Of a stretch of 64,000 bases of DNA, positions 49,811 to 61,772 are shown piece after piece. Source of the DNA: Laetmonice hystrix (taxonomy: Eukaryota). The notes beneath the pieces were generated by a model. That model ran no database searches, was not told where the DNA came from, and saw only the letters and a list, made by a program, of their open reading frames with translations. Numbering within the stretch: position 1 is the first letter of the stretch; the number at the start of each line of letters is the position of its first letter. The stretch spans positions 14,694,001 through 14,758,000 of the forward strand of contig OZ249448.1 of the NCBI GenBank assembly GCA_965235115.1, given 5' to 3'. The translations under genes were made by a program, and so were the position numbers.

Positions 49811-50071
49811 CTTGCCCCCACTGGTAGTGTGCAAAGTTATCACTAGTCAGTCGTGGCGCCATCTATTGTTAACCAGCCCGTACCACTGGTAGTGTTCAAA
49901 GTTAGATCAAAGAACCTCGATACACATGTGTATCGAGGTTCTTTGGTTAGATCAGTCGTGGCGCCATCAGTCGTGGCGCCATCTATTGTTAACCAGCCCG
50001 TACCACTGGTAGTGTTCAAAGTTATCACTAATCAGTCCTGGCGCCATCTATTGTTAACTACCGACACTGTA

Positions 50072-51079
50072 GGGGAGACCGCCGGGGAGAAATGGGACAG
50101 TATAGGATCAGCTCTAAACATGTGTGTTCACTATTTTCTAGATTACACGTATCAAGAATAATCAAATGTTTCTGTTTTCTGAAGGAAGAATAATGATAGC
50201 CCCTTGCTATGTACTATTCATTAATACCACAATTTGATTCAGTTTTTCGCATTGCCGTATTTTTCTTTTTACATGACATGGGGAGAAATGAGACACCCTC
50301 AGGGAGAAATGGGACACCACCTTGGGAGAAATGGGACAAGGCAGATAAAGTTGCTATGAGGCTATTATCTGCTACTATAATTATGTTAATTTTACTTTGC
50401 TTTGATCAATATTAATATACTTTGTTCTGATACAAGATCAACACTGCATATTTTCCAGTCTTTTGAAGAGATGGAAGCAGTTTGAAAGTGCCAGGGAGAA
50501 ATGGGACACTGCTGTGGAAGAACAGGGAGAAATGGGACACCTGCAGGGCCGTAGCCTGGCCAAAATACGCAGGGGCGGGGCAGTAGGCATGCTGCATGAT
50601 AGCGCCTCATTGCTCCAGTCGAGCTGGTCCGGGGTGTGGGTAAAAAAAAAAAAAAAATCTGGAAATCCCAAGGGGGCAGCTGCCCCCTGCCCTCCGCAGG
50701 CTATGGCCCTGACCTGTGTCCCATTTCTCCCCAGGGTCACTTCGAGAAAAAAATGGCGGTCATTGCATTTGTAATCAAGAGACATAATTAAAACATGCAC
50801 CCTTACCCCCTTAAATGTAATCTTGTTGCACTGTAATCATACTACCTTTATCAAGTAAGAAGTTAGGGCACAGTAGAAATAAATTTCAAGTGTAAAAAAA
50901 AGTTTTAGAGGCAAAAATGTGTCAATTCATGCTAGTACTTGCCCACTCTATGTTATGATGCCCCCAAGACCACATGGACAGGACTGGATGTAGGGCAGAA
51001 GACACGTGCTATTTTGAACCTGATTTGATAATAAACTTTGACAAGATGAGAGGGTGTCCCATTTCTCCCTGGTCTCCCC
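50072..51079. mobile_element. Tc1/mariner (pogo-like) non-autonomous element with TA target duplication
   Basis: TA|GGGGAGACC...GGGAGAAATGGGACA and TGTCCCATTTCTCCCTGGTCTCCCC|TA; internal GGGAGAAATGGGACA repeats. Confidence 0.8.
50544..50711. mobile_element. Nested CAG-ended MITE
   Basis: 15-bp TIR CAGGGCCGTAGCCTG / CAGGCTATGGCCCTG; exact 5-bp duplication ACCTG. Confidence 0.8.
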
Positions 51080-51634
51080 TAGTATTAGTAATACCCGTGT
51101 TATCATAGAATCAGTCGTGTCGCCATCGACAGTGCGTATCCAAAAAAAGGTAGTCCAGATCCAAGGGGTTAATATGCCCAGGTCAGTAAGTCTGACAAGT
51201 TGCAAGTACACATTCATCGAAATCACTTTTTTCCAAGTTTGAGAAGTCAGTAATGAAGAAATTCACATCTTATGTTTATCAACTGAAAATGATTAAAATA
51301 AATAAGATGCAGGACATGCGCCGCATGTAAGACAAAAAATCTCTGGTCCCAATCAGTACGTTATGCGAAGTCTACTGTATAGTTAGACGGGACCGGGACT
51401 TCCTTTCAGTAAGTTATAGGCGATTGTCTGGTATGCAAGTTCTATGGCTACTAAAATCCCGGAATTGTTCCCCAGTACGTTATTTATGCGTAAAACAGTA
51501 ACGGGCTCGAGGGGAGGGGGTGGATTCCAAATCTATAGTAAGTAAGTTTCCCCTCGTTTTTCTAAGAACCATTGACCATGGGAACTTGGGGGTCAGTCAG
51601 AAAACAAAAATTCCTTCTATGGTTCAACGAACAT

Positions 51635-51640
51635 TTTATT
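51635..51640 (-). terminator. DYNLL polyadenylation signal
   Basis: AATAAA on the minus strand about 455 nt past the stop. Confidence 0.55.
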
Positions 51641-52094
51641 CGTTTATATATTCTGTAGACAAAATATCAGCCAAATTTATAAATAAATACATGTACCATG
51701 ATTTTGCTTTTCCTTCAGTTCTCATGTACATTCTCACAACGTATGTGTATACGTTTGTTTATTTTGGCAATCTTTAAAACGTCACTCCGTCAATCTTACT
51801 GTCCATCAATTAATGATAAAACAGCCACAGATCTGTCTCTTAATAGCAGGAATTTACAGAGCACATGACATTGGCAGGACAAGCACAAGAAATGCTTCAA
51901 CTGTTTGCTATGTTGATGAGACGATACTGATGCGCAAGTGAGAAAGGATGTTGGGTCCTGACTGGCCTGCAGTGTATCTGGCCCCTCTGTGACCCTATCC
52001 CCTTCTGCAGGGTTTGCAACACTGTTCAAGCTGTCAGAAGACTGACAATGCGACACCAAGAAAAACCGGTAAACGAATTCATGTCTTTTACATC

Positions 52095-52394
<300 letters not shown>

Positions 52395-52883
52395 TTAAAA
52401 CTAAAAATACCGAGTCAATGACATTGGGTCCATGTCAAAGAACATGGCTGAGTCTTGGATAATGCAAGATTCCAGAACAAACATTTCGGTGTAGATATAA
52501 CCCTAATAATCGACATTTTCAAACGCAACTCATATCCTCTGGACTCACTCTGCCTCGTGCCCCCAACCATTCACTCAGTGACTGCCCACTGCCGCTATGA
52601 TTATGAAACGGGGGAATAAGAGCTGGGTATGCAAAGGTGGGGGGGCTAGGTCTATCTATTAGTGTTAACCACTCTTATAAAAAAAACCCACATAATATGG
52701 AGGTATTTCAGCGTCTACATTTTACGTAGATTAAGATTTGGGCGATCAATGACATTGACACCGCATCGACATTCGACACGTGCTACTGCATGAACCCCGG
52801 CAACAATTTACCGTTAACACACGTTACCGGTAAGCATGATAAGGGGTTCCGCATTACGAGAGAAGTACAATTATTTAACTTAC

Positions 52884-54265
52884 CTGTTTTTAACCAGATG
52901 TGATGCAGAAAAATAAGGTGCAAAATTCTAGGCTCCTGTAACCTTCAATCACTGTTGCACGACTCAATATTTTCTTCGTCTCGCCGGTTTATTATACATA
53001 GGTTGCTGAGTTACAGTTGTCCCTAAGCATGCTTTCCTCATTGGTCGAGATAGACGGCACTACGTTAGAGGCACATATCGTCCCAGAATGCACCGGGTTT
53101 TCCTGCGGAATGAGGTGTGTTCAATAATGCCATCGTCCTGTGAGAGTCTGGGCCAAGGCGACAACCAGACAACGTTATAGCGGCACCCCCCCCCCCCCTA
53201 CCGTTCCCTTTAAATACCTACGCTGGCCTATTAGGCAGTGGTTATTCTGCCCCCAGACGGCAGAATAAATAAATTGGTTTGACTTATTAGGCCTAGGGTT
53301 AGTGTTAGTTTATTCTCTAAATTGTTCAGGGTGTTACTTTAGGCACACAGTAATTATAAGCCGCCGTCAGTTATCATCTAGCTAATGTGAACGTATACCC
53401 GTTGGAGTTCGGATCGAATCTATAGGCCTATACTATATTTGCTTCCTTCACAGATGAATAAAAAACATTGATTTAGGTCTATGCTTAGCTATTTTCACAA
53501 GCTTTGTCCAGACGCGTGCACAGGGTGTAGATAAATTCTGACATTTTGGGGGAATGCTAGAAAAAATGGTTTTAAAACAGCGGGAGGGAATCGTTTTCAG
53601 GAGGGAACCTAATTAACATAACATGGAAATTTGATCATTTGCAACGTTTGCCGGGGAACTCCGCCCCCCCCCCCCCCCCACACACACACCAATCCTGGAA
53701 TATCGCCTGGCCCCCAGGCAAGTTACACTGAAGACGTATCATCAGAGATTGTAGCCTACTAGGATCCTCGTAGTAGTACAATCTTTCATTGAGCAGGGTT
53801 CCCAGCATTTTGTGGAAATCAAAATCCCTGAGTTTTCCGGCCCTGACTGGCCTGAGATTTCCCTGAGATGATTTCCAAAATTCCATGAGAAATATTTTGT
53901 GTTTTATAGATAGCATTCTGGGGCACTGTCAAATTCCCTGAGTTTTCCCTGATTTTGTATGTTTTCCCCCGATTCCCTGAGTTTTTTCTGTCTGAAAAAA
54001 TGGAACCTCATTTTCAAGGGTTTCCCTGATTTCCAGAGTGGCTGAGAACCCTGATTGAGGGTTTTCATTCTATTCAATTTATTGAACAATGCCGTAAATC
54101 CAACAGCGCCCCCTTGTGTGTAACTCTCGAACAATAGCTTCGGACGTTTCCGTGGGTTTAACCGGAAATTGCCGACCATCTGCCACCTGACACGACAACC
54201 AGACACGGAGAAGCACACACGGGCATAATTTTCTCCAGATAGTACCATATTATTTACGTTACAGT
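52884..54265. promoter_or_regulatory. Shared divergent promoter region of DYNLL and SRSF1
   Basis: Head-to-head genes; CCAAT at about 53040, ZNF143/Staf-like TCCCAGAATGCACC at 53081-53094, CTCF-like motif at 54104-54118, CCGGAAA at about 54162. Confidence 0.55.
53794..54053. mobile_element. CAGGGTT-ended MITE within the DYNLL/SRSF1 promoter
   Basis: 13-bp TIR CAGGGTTCCCAGC / GCTGAGAACCCTG; 6-bp duplication ATTGAG; internal TTCCCTGA repeats. Confidence 0.75.
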
Positions 54266-56850
54266 ATGTCTGAAATGGCAGGTTTTCGCAACAATGAAGG
54301 GCGCATATACGTGGGAAACTTGCCACCCGATATCCGCACGAAGGATATCGAGGACCTGTTCTATAAATTTGGTAAAATAACATTCATCGACCTGAAGAAC
54401 AGAAGAGGGCCACCATTTGCATTTGTCGAATTTGAGGACCCACGGTGGGTACAGTTTCAATAATTATTTATGAGTTAAAACGTTGAAACACACTTTAAAA
54501 TCTATACGGAGAGTTGAACTATTAGTTGTATGAACACTATAAGTGTATAACAAGCATGGCAGCAGGAGAGTTTCACAAATGAAGCCATTGTTTTCTAAAG
54601 CGCATTGTCGCTGTGTGAAATTCTGCGAAATGAGGTCAAGTTGAAGCACACGACGTTTGCCGAACAGGCATGCAGCGGGAGAAAGTGCGCATGCGTGGGC
54701 CTGTGGTGGCGTGGGCTGGAGGCAGTGGTGGCGTCGGGTGGAGGCCCACCACCTCGACCTTTGTCTTTGATTTGGCGTTTTACATCCGTCTTCCTCTTAC
54801 TTTTAAACTAAACTTTGTCTTCTAAAGTAGTCTTTAGAACTCTAAGAGTAAGAAGTCAGTCCCTCCAGTCCAGGGTTTTCAGTTCACTCACAAAAATAAT
54901 TGGTCCAAGTGTCACAGTTGTGAGTTATAAGGGGGTCATTTGTTGGGTCAGTTGTCGGTAAAATTTTGCCTTATATAGTTATACTAAAAAAAAGGTCAAA
55001 GATATGAGCCAAAGGGTTCCTAAATTAAAAACCAAATTACTTGACAAATGATCAAAAAGTGAAAAAAATACATTTTTAAATGGCGATAAAACCCATGTTT
55101 TCAACCATGCTACAGCCTTTCCCATAATCCGAGAAACTCTGACTCTTTGTTTCACTCAGAGTCACAGCGCGAACAGTGCAAACTCCCATAGAAGCAAATC
55201 TACATGCCCCTCATGCAAAGAAAACCCAGTGTCATATTCCCAAACCCTGAGTTTACCTTCACTTCACCTCTAGCCTAAGAAGCATTATAAAAACGTGTCG
55301 CGGTTGAAATAACATGTTACTTTTACCAAAATAGTTGATGATATTTTTTTAGCGGCAAAGCCCCAACTACCAAACCGCCACTATTGCTTTCATGCAAAAA
55401 ATGACTGCTAGGCAGACCTAGGAGAGAAAACCAATCGCAGTCTACTGTGACAGGTGCTCATTAACCCTCACTTCCGATCATTTCTACATACATGGATGGT
55501 ACTGGTAGATCAGCGACAGTAGCATTAGAGCACAATCTAATTAAAAGCGCATGCGAAATAACTGAAATCTAATTTTAATGAGATTGCATAAGAGCATTCA
55601 ATTGCCAAAGTGCCAGTCCGCTTACATTGCGCTGGTGCATATTTTGAGTTGACTACACCTGCCTGTACCATTTCACTATATCTATAAAGATGTTTCAAGG
55701 GCTAGGGGACCCATCGAAACACCATAACATCCTGACAAGGTGGTGGCAACACACGAGCGTCTGACGAATTTTGATCAATTTGGCTTCATTTATCTGTCAT
55801 TAAACGATAAAATAAACATCATTTTCGGGATTTAAAAGGTGGTTGTCCGCCTGTACGCTCAGATATTTGTTTTTGGTTGTCTGCACGGCTGACATAGGCG
55901 GCCCGGACACGATTTTGACAGGCCATGAAGGGGGCAGAGAAAATTTGCCAGGTAATCTTAGCTACAGAGACATTTTAAGGTTTTTTGTGATTTGTGATTT
56001 GTGTTTCTAAAGGAAAAAAAGACTGCATGAGGATGGCTTGTTATTGTTTTCAGTGATGCAGAAGATGCCGTGCATGCCCGCGATGGTTACAACTATGACG
56101 GTTACCATTTGAGGGTTGAGTTCCCACGGGGTACAGGACCAGGTGGCAGACGTGGTAGGGGGCGTGGAGGACCTCCATCTCGTCGATCTGAATACAGAGT
56201 ACTCGTTTCAGGTGAGAATTATACATATCTCCTGTTCTCTCTGACATCTTTAAGCTTGAAGCTTAAAGCAGTGACTTTTAAAGGCAGCTTCTAAAAGAAA
56301 TGGAAGAGTTGCAAGTGCAGTAAGTTGAGTAACAGGGTGTCTGACTGAATTGAAAGAATTTGGTTAGAATTGTGAGTGGACATTATGTTGATGCAGGTCT
56401 CCCAGCCACAGGCAGTTGGCAGGACTTGAAGGACCACATGCGGGAGGCAGGAGATGTATGCTATGCTGATGTCTACAAAGATGGAACTGGAGTAGTTGAG
56501 TTCCTGCGCTACGAGGACATGAAGTACGCCGCACGGAAGTTGGACGACTCCAAATTCAGATCCCATGAGGTAACGCAAGTGTTTCATTGAAAAAAACTAT
56601 GAAATATTTTGAGTCTGAATTTCTTAATGTGAAAATTCCTGCAGGTTTTATAGCGAAAGTTTGGTTTATTTTGAGGTAGTGCATAAGTTCCATTGTGCTT
56701 CAGGGTGAAGTCGCCTACATCCGCGTCAAGGAGGACTACCGTGGACGTGGTTCGCGATCTCGCAGTCACAGCTTCTCACCGCCACGGCGAACACGAGGCT
56801 CGCCAAGTTACTCGCCGATGCGACGGTCGAGATCACGCTCGCCCTACTGA
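54266..56850 (+). CDS. SRSF1: Serine/arginine-rich splicing factor SRSF1/9 (SF2/ASF), 4 exons: 54266-54444, 56054-56211, 56397-56569, 56704-56850; 218 aa
   Basis: RRM1 ([35 protein letters not shown]), Gly linker, RRM2 with SWQDLKD, short RS tail; GT-AG introns of phase 2, 1, 0. Confidence 0.96.
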
Positions 56851-58240
56851 ACACCTAGTCGCTTATTGCACATAAAATGGACATGTATGGTGTAACATGC
56901 TCATGTTGCATGGACAGTATCCAGTATTCTGTTGCTGGAGTTTTTTAACAGCTACTCTAGTGGTGCAGAGAGAGAGAGGAGAGCCCAAAAAAAGAAAAGA
57001 ATACCAGTAGATCAATCATTGGCATGCTGAGCATTTGCAGCCTAGGCAAACATGCATTTCAACTGTATGTTGAAAGAAGAGCAGACTTTACTTTTTTTTT
57101 TAATTTGCCTGGCACACTTATTTGGTAGAAGACCATCCTGAAAACATGAAATCATTTTTAATCTGATCTTAGAAGAATCTAGGCAGTAAGTTATGAAGTG
57201 TGCATTTTTCTTACAAGCTTTTAATGGCGTAAACAGTTACAGGTGACTGCAGTAAGTGGAGTAAGTTGGCAAGTTGTAATGATGTGGTGTATAATTGTAG
57301 CAGTTTAATTCAGGTCTGTGGGAGATGTCTGTTCTTCGTACTTGCTGTCAAGTCTTTGTAGTGTTGTGTCCAGTCTTTTCTAACATGTTTTATTGCATTA
57401 TTATTTCCTGTAGATACTGAGGTTGGAAAGATCATTGGAATAAGTGAACTGTGCGAACACTGGTACTCCAAAGCATTGGACATAGGAATAAAGATTGGCA
57501 TAAAGGAGGGCACAGTGCATGGCTCTTATGTGGCGACACACTGACCATGTCTGCTGGCTTGATCAGGCCTCCCGTCATGGAATCACACCTTAACCATGGT
57601 ACGATTCAAGTTCTTGCAACACCAACATTTCTAAAGGCACATACATGTGCTGACAGTGGATGTATCAAACTGTGTTGGCAATTGCAGAATTAGCCGTACG
57701 TGAAAAGTTCTTGGCATTGACTTTCTTTTCCACAAACCAAATTACAAAACGACAACCTCTGGTTACAGACGTTTTATATTTTTTTAAATGCGACAACTTG
57801 AGAAAAGGCTGTTGGGTTACACAAAGTTTTCACGTGTCATAACCTGTAATAATCAAGTGTCCATTGGGAGGCTTTCAGGATGGTGACATATATCCTTGGC
57901 ACAGTTTTACCTCTGAATGGGAATGGTAGTTCAGATTTTTCCCTAAACGTTCTTTACTTCACTGCTGTTAAGAATTAAATGAATTTTACATCCTATTTCA
58001 GAGACATTTTCATTTAAATATTGTGGTTGAATTTGCCGAATCCAAATTCACTATTTTTCAGAAATAAAAGAGGTCTTGATACAATGGTCATTAAATTGAA
58101 ATTAAATTAAATTGAAACTTTTCTCTAACTAATGGAAATAAGGGTCTGTACCTGACAGCTGTTCTGGCCTTTCCCACCATGATGCATAAAGCCATTTTAA
58201 TAATGTATCTAATGCTGTTTTGTTTTCCACTTCTCTGAAG

Positions 58241-59242
58241 GTATTTGGGCTCAGATCAATCATTTGGAGGAATGCATAGGATGGGAGACAGAATACTCCG
58301 TGTAGGAAAACGGAAAAACCTCTTGGTGTACCTTAGGAGCCGCACGTATTGCTTAGGAGGGCATATTGTCCATAGGAGCCCTAGGAAATCCTGAGGGAAT
58401 GGAAGTGGGATAATCCTGGAAAGTGGCCCGCCGGAGTGGTCTGGTCTGTAGGGGACCCACAGGGATAAGGATTCCATAGAAAAAAAAAGCAGTTCCGTCG
58501 CGTTAGGGATATTGGATCATTGGAGTGCTGACTAGGATTTGTGTCAGTCGTTGCATGACAAGGAGGATTGTGTTCAAACGTGAATCTGTAGGAGCCTCAA
58601 ACAGGAGCCACATGTGGTCCTTTACAAACTGGAGTCTTGGGAGGAGCAAAGGTTGCACATCATCTACCTCAGTCTTTGGAAATTTTCCCACAAGAGGCCA
58701 CACAAATCTGAAACATGGGATAAATAGCTCAATTTCATCCCCTTTGGGAATGGTACAGAACGAAAATACAATTTCAAATCTTGATCCAAAAGAATTTTTT
58801 TTCCTTTTGACTTTTGAGAATTTGTAGCTTTATCTTGAAACTTCACCTTGTGCTTTCTATGTATGAATGATTGAAGGGGACACCTGGTATGAAGGCGTGG
58901 AAGCCTGATGCAGGTGTCTGTCTGCAGGAACGAGGTAGCATGTTGGGTGACGGGGTGTTTTGGGTGGAGGACATTTGTGTTAGTCCTGGATGGAAGTAAA
59001 CTAAGGAATCTGTAGGATCATTTGGATACATGTACTTTGGAACTTCTGGCCATTTTGGATCACAGGGATCAAACTGGAAAGGAAACAGCCTTCAGGTAGG
59101 AGGAACAAACCTGTCAGGATCATGTAGTTGGAAATCTAATTCATGTGACAAGACACCCCAGTCAAAGCAACAATTCAGGCATCCTTAAGGAACCAGGCTT
59201 CAGGACTTGCACTTCAGTGAGGATTGAGGATGACTTGAATGG
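58241..59242 (+). promoter_or_regulatory. GGA-rich putative alternatively spliced 3'UTR segment of SRSF1
   Basis: About 55 GGA in about 1 kb (manual count); preceded by CTAAT, a polypyrimidine tract and AG at 58240. Confidence 0.55.
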
Positions 59243-59732
59243 GTAAACCTCTTATTTTCCTTTCAATTCCTCTGTCTCCCATGTCTGTTTTAATAGGTTT
59301 ACTGTTGTCATTAAATGGCAACAACATAGAACATGTATTTTATCTGTTCACCAATGATGTGTGCATGCCAACACAGATCAAATTACTACCAAATTAATTT
59401 TTATTGGTTTGACTTTGACCCCTAATGCACGTCAATGGGTGGTTCCTGGGACCAGAAACCGTACAATTATTTTTTTTTCTTGCATTATCGTGCATACCCT
59501 TTGTTTCTTTGTACGTTCCTCCTCTGAATCCACATTTAAAAAAAAATTTCTTTACTCTGCTCGTGTGTCATTAATGCACGAAGGCAGCCGCCAGAGTGAT
59601 GCTGGGCAGTCGATGTGGGAAGTTTGTTTCAGGTCCACAGATGGGGACCCCCGATGCACTGCCATCCGGTGATGCGCAACAGCTGCTGTGAAGATCTCCT
59701 TTATTGTATGTCCTTTGGTGTTAAATAACTTC

Positions 59733-59738
59733 AATAAA
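59733..59738 (+). terminator. SRSF1 polyadenylation signal
   Basis: AATAAA followed by GTTTGTTGTTTGTGG at 59761. Confidence 0.65.
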
Positions 59739-59824
59739 GATTCTTAAATGTAAACAAAAAGTTTGTTGTTTGTGGAACCAGTGTGGGATTACTCGCAAAA
59801 AGGAAATACATACTCGAAGAGAAA

Positions 59825-59852
59825 TTTATTCAGATTTATTATGAATTTTATT
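59825..59852 (-). terminator. Triple polyadenylation signal of the FkbM gene
   Basis: Three minus-strand AATAAA at 59825, 59835 and 59847. Confidence 0.55.
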
Positions 59853-60404
59853 TGAAGGATCCCATCTACTGGCCTGTCTGGTACATTTAAAATGTGCCGC
59901 TAATCAAAAATGACTAGATAGCTGCCCCCCCCCCCCAAACCCACGGCAAGGCCGGGCAGTAATTTTATACTTGCATATTACGGATTGTTTTATAAGTTTC
60001 TCAATTTATTGGCATGTTCACATTTCTGGAAATTGCCTGCCAACCATGCACTCGCCAATTGGTGTAAATTACATTGTTGTAAATTGAGTAATCAATATGG
60101 TATTTTTTGTTGGACACCTACATGCTTATAATACATGCTAGGTACATGTAGCATGGATTCGTTTAGGCCTAAGTGGAACATCTACATGTACTTCGTTGTA
60201 ACTTTTTCGAGCTGCCATTTAAAACAGGACCGCTTCTTGTAGGCAAGACTTTGACCCCCACCCCTCAGTACAAAAACAATATCCCTAGTTCTCAGTAATT
60301 GATAGTAATACTGCAACCACAGCTTCCATAAACTCGGATTAGGTTACAAAACGTTTACATTACACAACATTACATCCTAAATGATTATCATCCTACATTA
60401 TAAT

Positions 60405-60635
60405 CAGTGGTAGATTCAGGCCCCCCCCCCCCCCGTATCTAAAACTCTTGCCTATGTTTCATGCATAAAAATAATGGAATTTCATTGAAATATTTGGGAG
60501 AAATTTTCTATACATTCAGAAAACGCGTCTCTGAGGTTCCTAAAAAGGAATTCGGGGAGGGCCTCAGACCCCCGAAAATGGGCCACAGATTATCCACGTT
60601 CCCCGCCCCTTCCTGAAATCCTGGATCTGCCATTG
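60405..60635. mobile_element. CAG-ended MITE inserted immediately after the FkbM stop codon
   Basis: TIR CAGTGGTAGATTCAG / CTGGATCTGCCATTG; exact 5-bp duplication ATAAT. Confidence 0.75.
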
Positions 60636-60641
60636 ATAATA

Positions 60642-61772
60642 TTACGCAAATTCCACTGTAGCCAACTTCCAGAGAATATCCTGAGGCCAAGAAAGCCATG
60701 CATTGGTTGTAATGTTGAGAGGTTCCAAGTTCGTCGACCAAGCTTCATAGTCATACTTGAGCATGTAGTCGACCAGGTCCTGCACGCTCTGAAGCTGCCA
60801 CTCGTCACGAGCTTTGCGGAGGTAAACCCACTCCATCAGAATGTAGGGTACGTGGAGTTTCTCCATGAATAAACCTGATCGCGTCATCGCCTTCGCTTCA
60901 TAACCCTCTATATCAATTTTAAGCATCGCTTCAGGAAAACTTGTGACCTCGACAAGATCATTCATTGTGATTGTGAGTGCAGAGGCCTGTGATGGAGTAC
61001 AAGAGTTTTCATTTAATACATGTTGAAGGTCCGATTCTATTACCCTTATGGCACCCCTGTTGTCTTTGTTAAGTTGCAAGGCCACCGTTTTGGCAGAGTC
61101 AGACACGGCATTGTGAACGAGGGTAAAATTGTCGTATAAATTGTTCAAGGCAACGGCTTTTTGTATCATCTGTACATGTTTGATGTAAGGTTCGACGGCC
61201 ACAACTGGCCGGCCCATGCTAGCCGCCAGAAGGCTGTACTGACCAATGTTTGCTCCAATGTCAATCACCCCTAACCGTGGATTTCTCTCCAAAATCTGCT
61301 GGAATATCTTGACATTCTGTACTTCCCACACCGTACCTTCCTTTATTGCCCCAGATATGAAGCGGTCCACCTTGACATCATGTATACAGATAATGGGAGA
61401 TGGCAATGTGGGCAGAGGCAAGCAATCAAAATGTTCCTTGTTGTACCGATGTAGTGGATACACATTACATTTAGAGGCTGACCGTTGTCGACTAAAAAAT
61501 CGCCTCATTCCCAGCATACACGCCACATGCTCCAGTGCCTCCATTTCATCAACAGGATGCAGAGAAAGGAATAAAAATATGAGTGTGATCATTGTAAATG
61601 TAAGGGTGATGATGCGAGCATTGCGGCGTGTTTTAATAAGGATAGCTCGAATCCCTCTCCTGAGAACCACTCTCAATAATCTGTGTAGTGTTTGATGATC
61701 CATGTTAATTAGTCTGATGATAACAGATTGGCTAAGGCCACGTCCACACTTGCAGTATACATGGGTCAACAT
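60642..61772 (-). CDS. FkbM-family (Methyltransf_21) SAM-dependent methyltransferase with N-terminal signal anchor; intronless CDS, 376 aa (353 aa if started at ATG 61703)
   Basis: Motifs VIDIGANIGQYSL, VAVEP, VHNAVSD, LKIDIEGYE, ILMEW; hydrophobic IITLTFTMITLIFLFLSL after a basic stretch; 5'UTR acceptor at 61863-65. Confidence 0.9.
   Translation of the reverse strand: MLTHVYCKCGRGLSQSVIIRLINMDHQTLHRLLRVVLRRGIRAILIKTRRNARIITLTFTMITLIFLFLSLHPVDEMEALEHVACMLGMRRFFSRQRSASKCNVYPLHRYNKEHFDCLPLPTLPSPIICIHDVKVDRFISGAIKEGTVWEVQNVKIFQQILERNPRLGVIDIGANIGQYSLLAASMGRPVVAVEPYIKHVQMIQKAVALNNLYDNFTLVHNAVSDSAKTVALQLNKDNRGAIRVIESDLQHVLNENSCTPSQASALTITMNDLVEVTSFPEAMLKIDIEGYEAKAMTRSGLFMEKLHVPYILMEWVYLRKARDEWQLQSVQDLVDYMLKYDYEAWSTNLEPLNITTNAWLSWPQDILWKLATVEFA

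Noticed and set aside
60642-61772. Horizontal transfer of the intronless FkbM gene from bacteria
   Set aside because: It has a spliced 5'UTR and a eukaryotic signal anchor, and such genes are common in invertebrates; only a phylogeny could support transfer.
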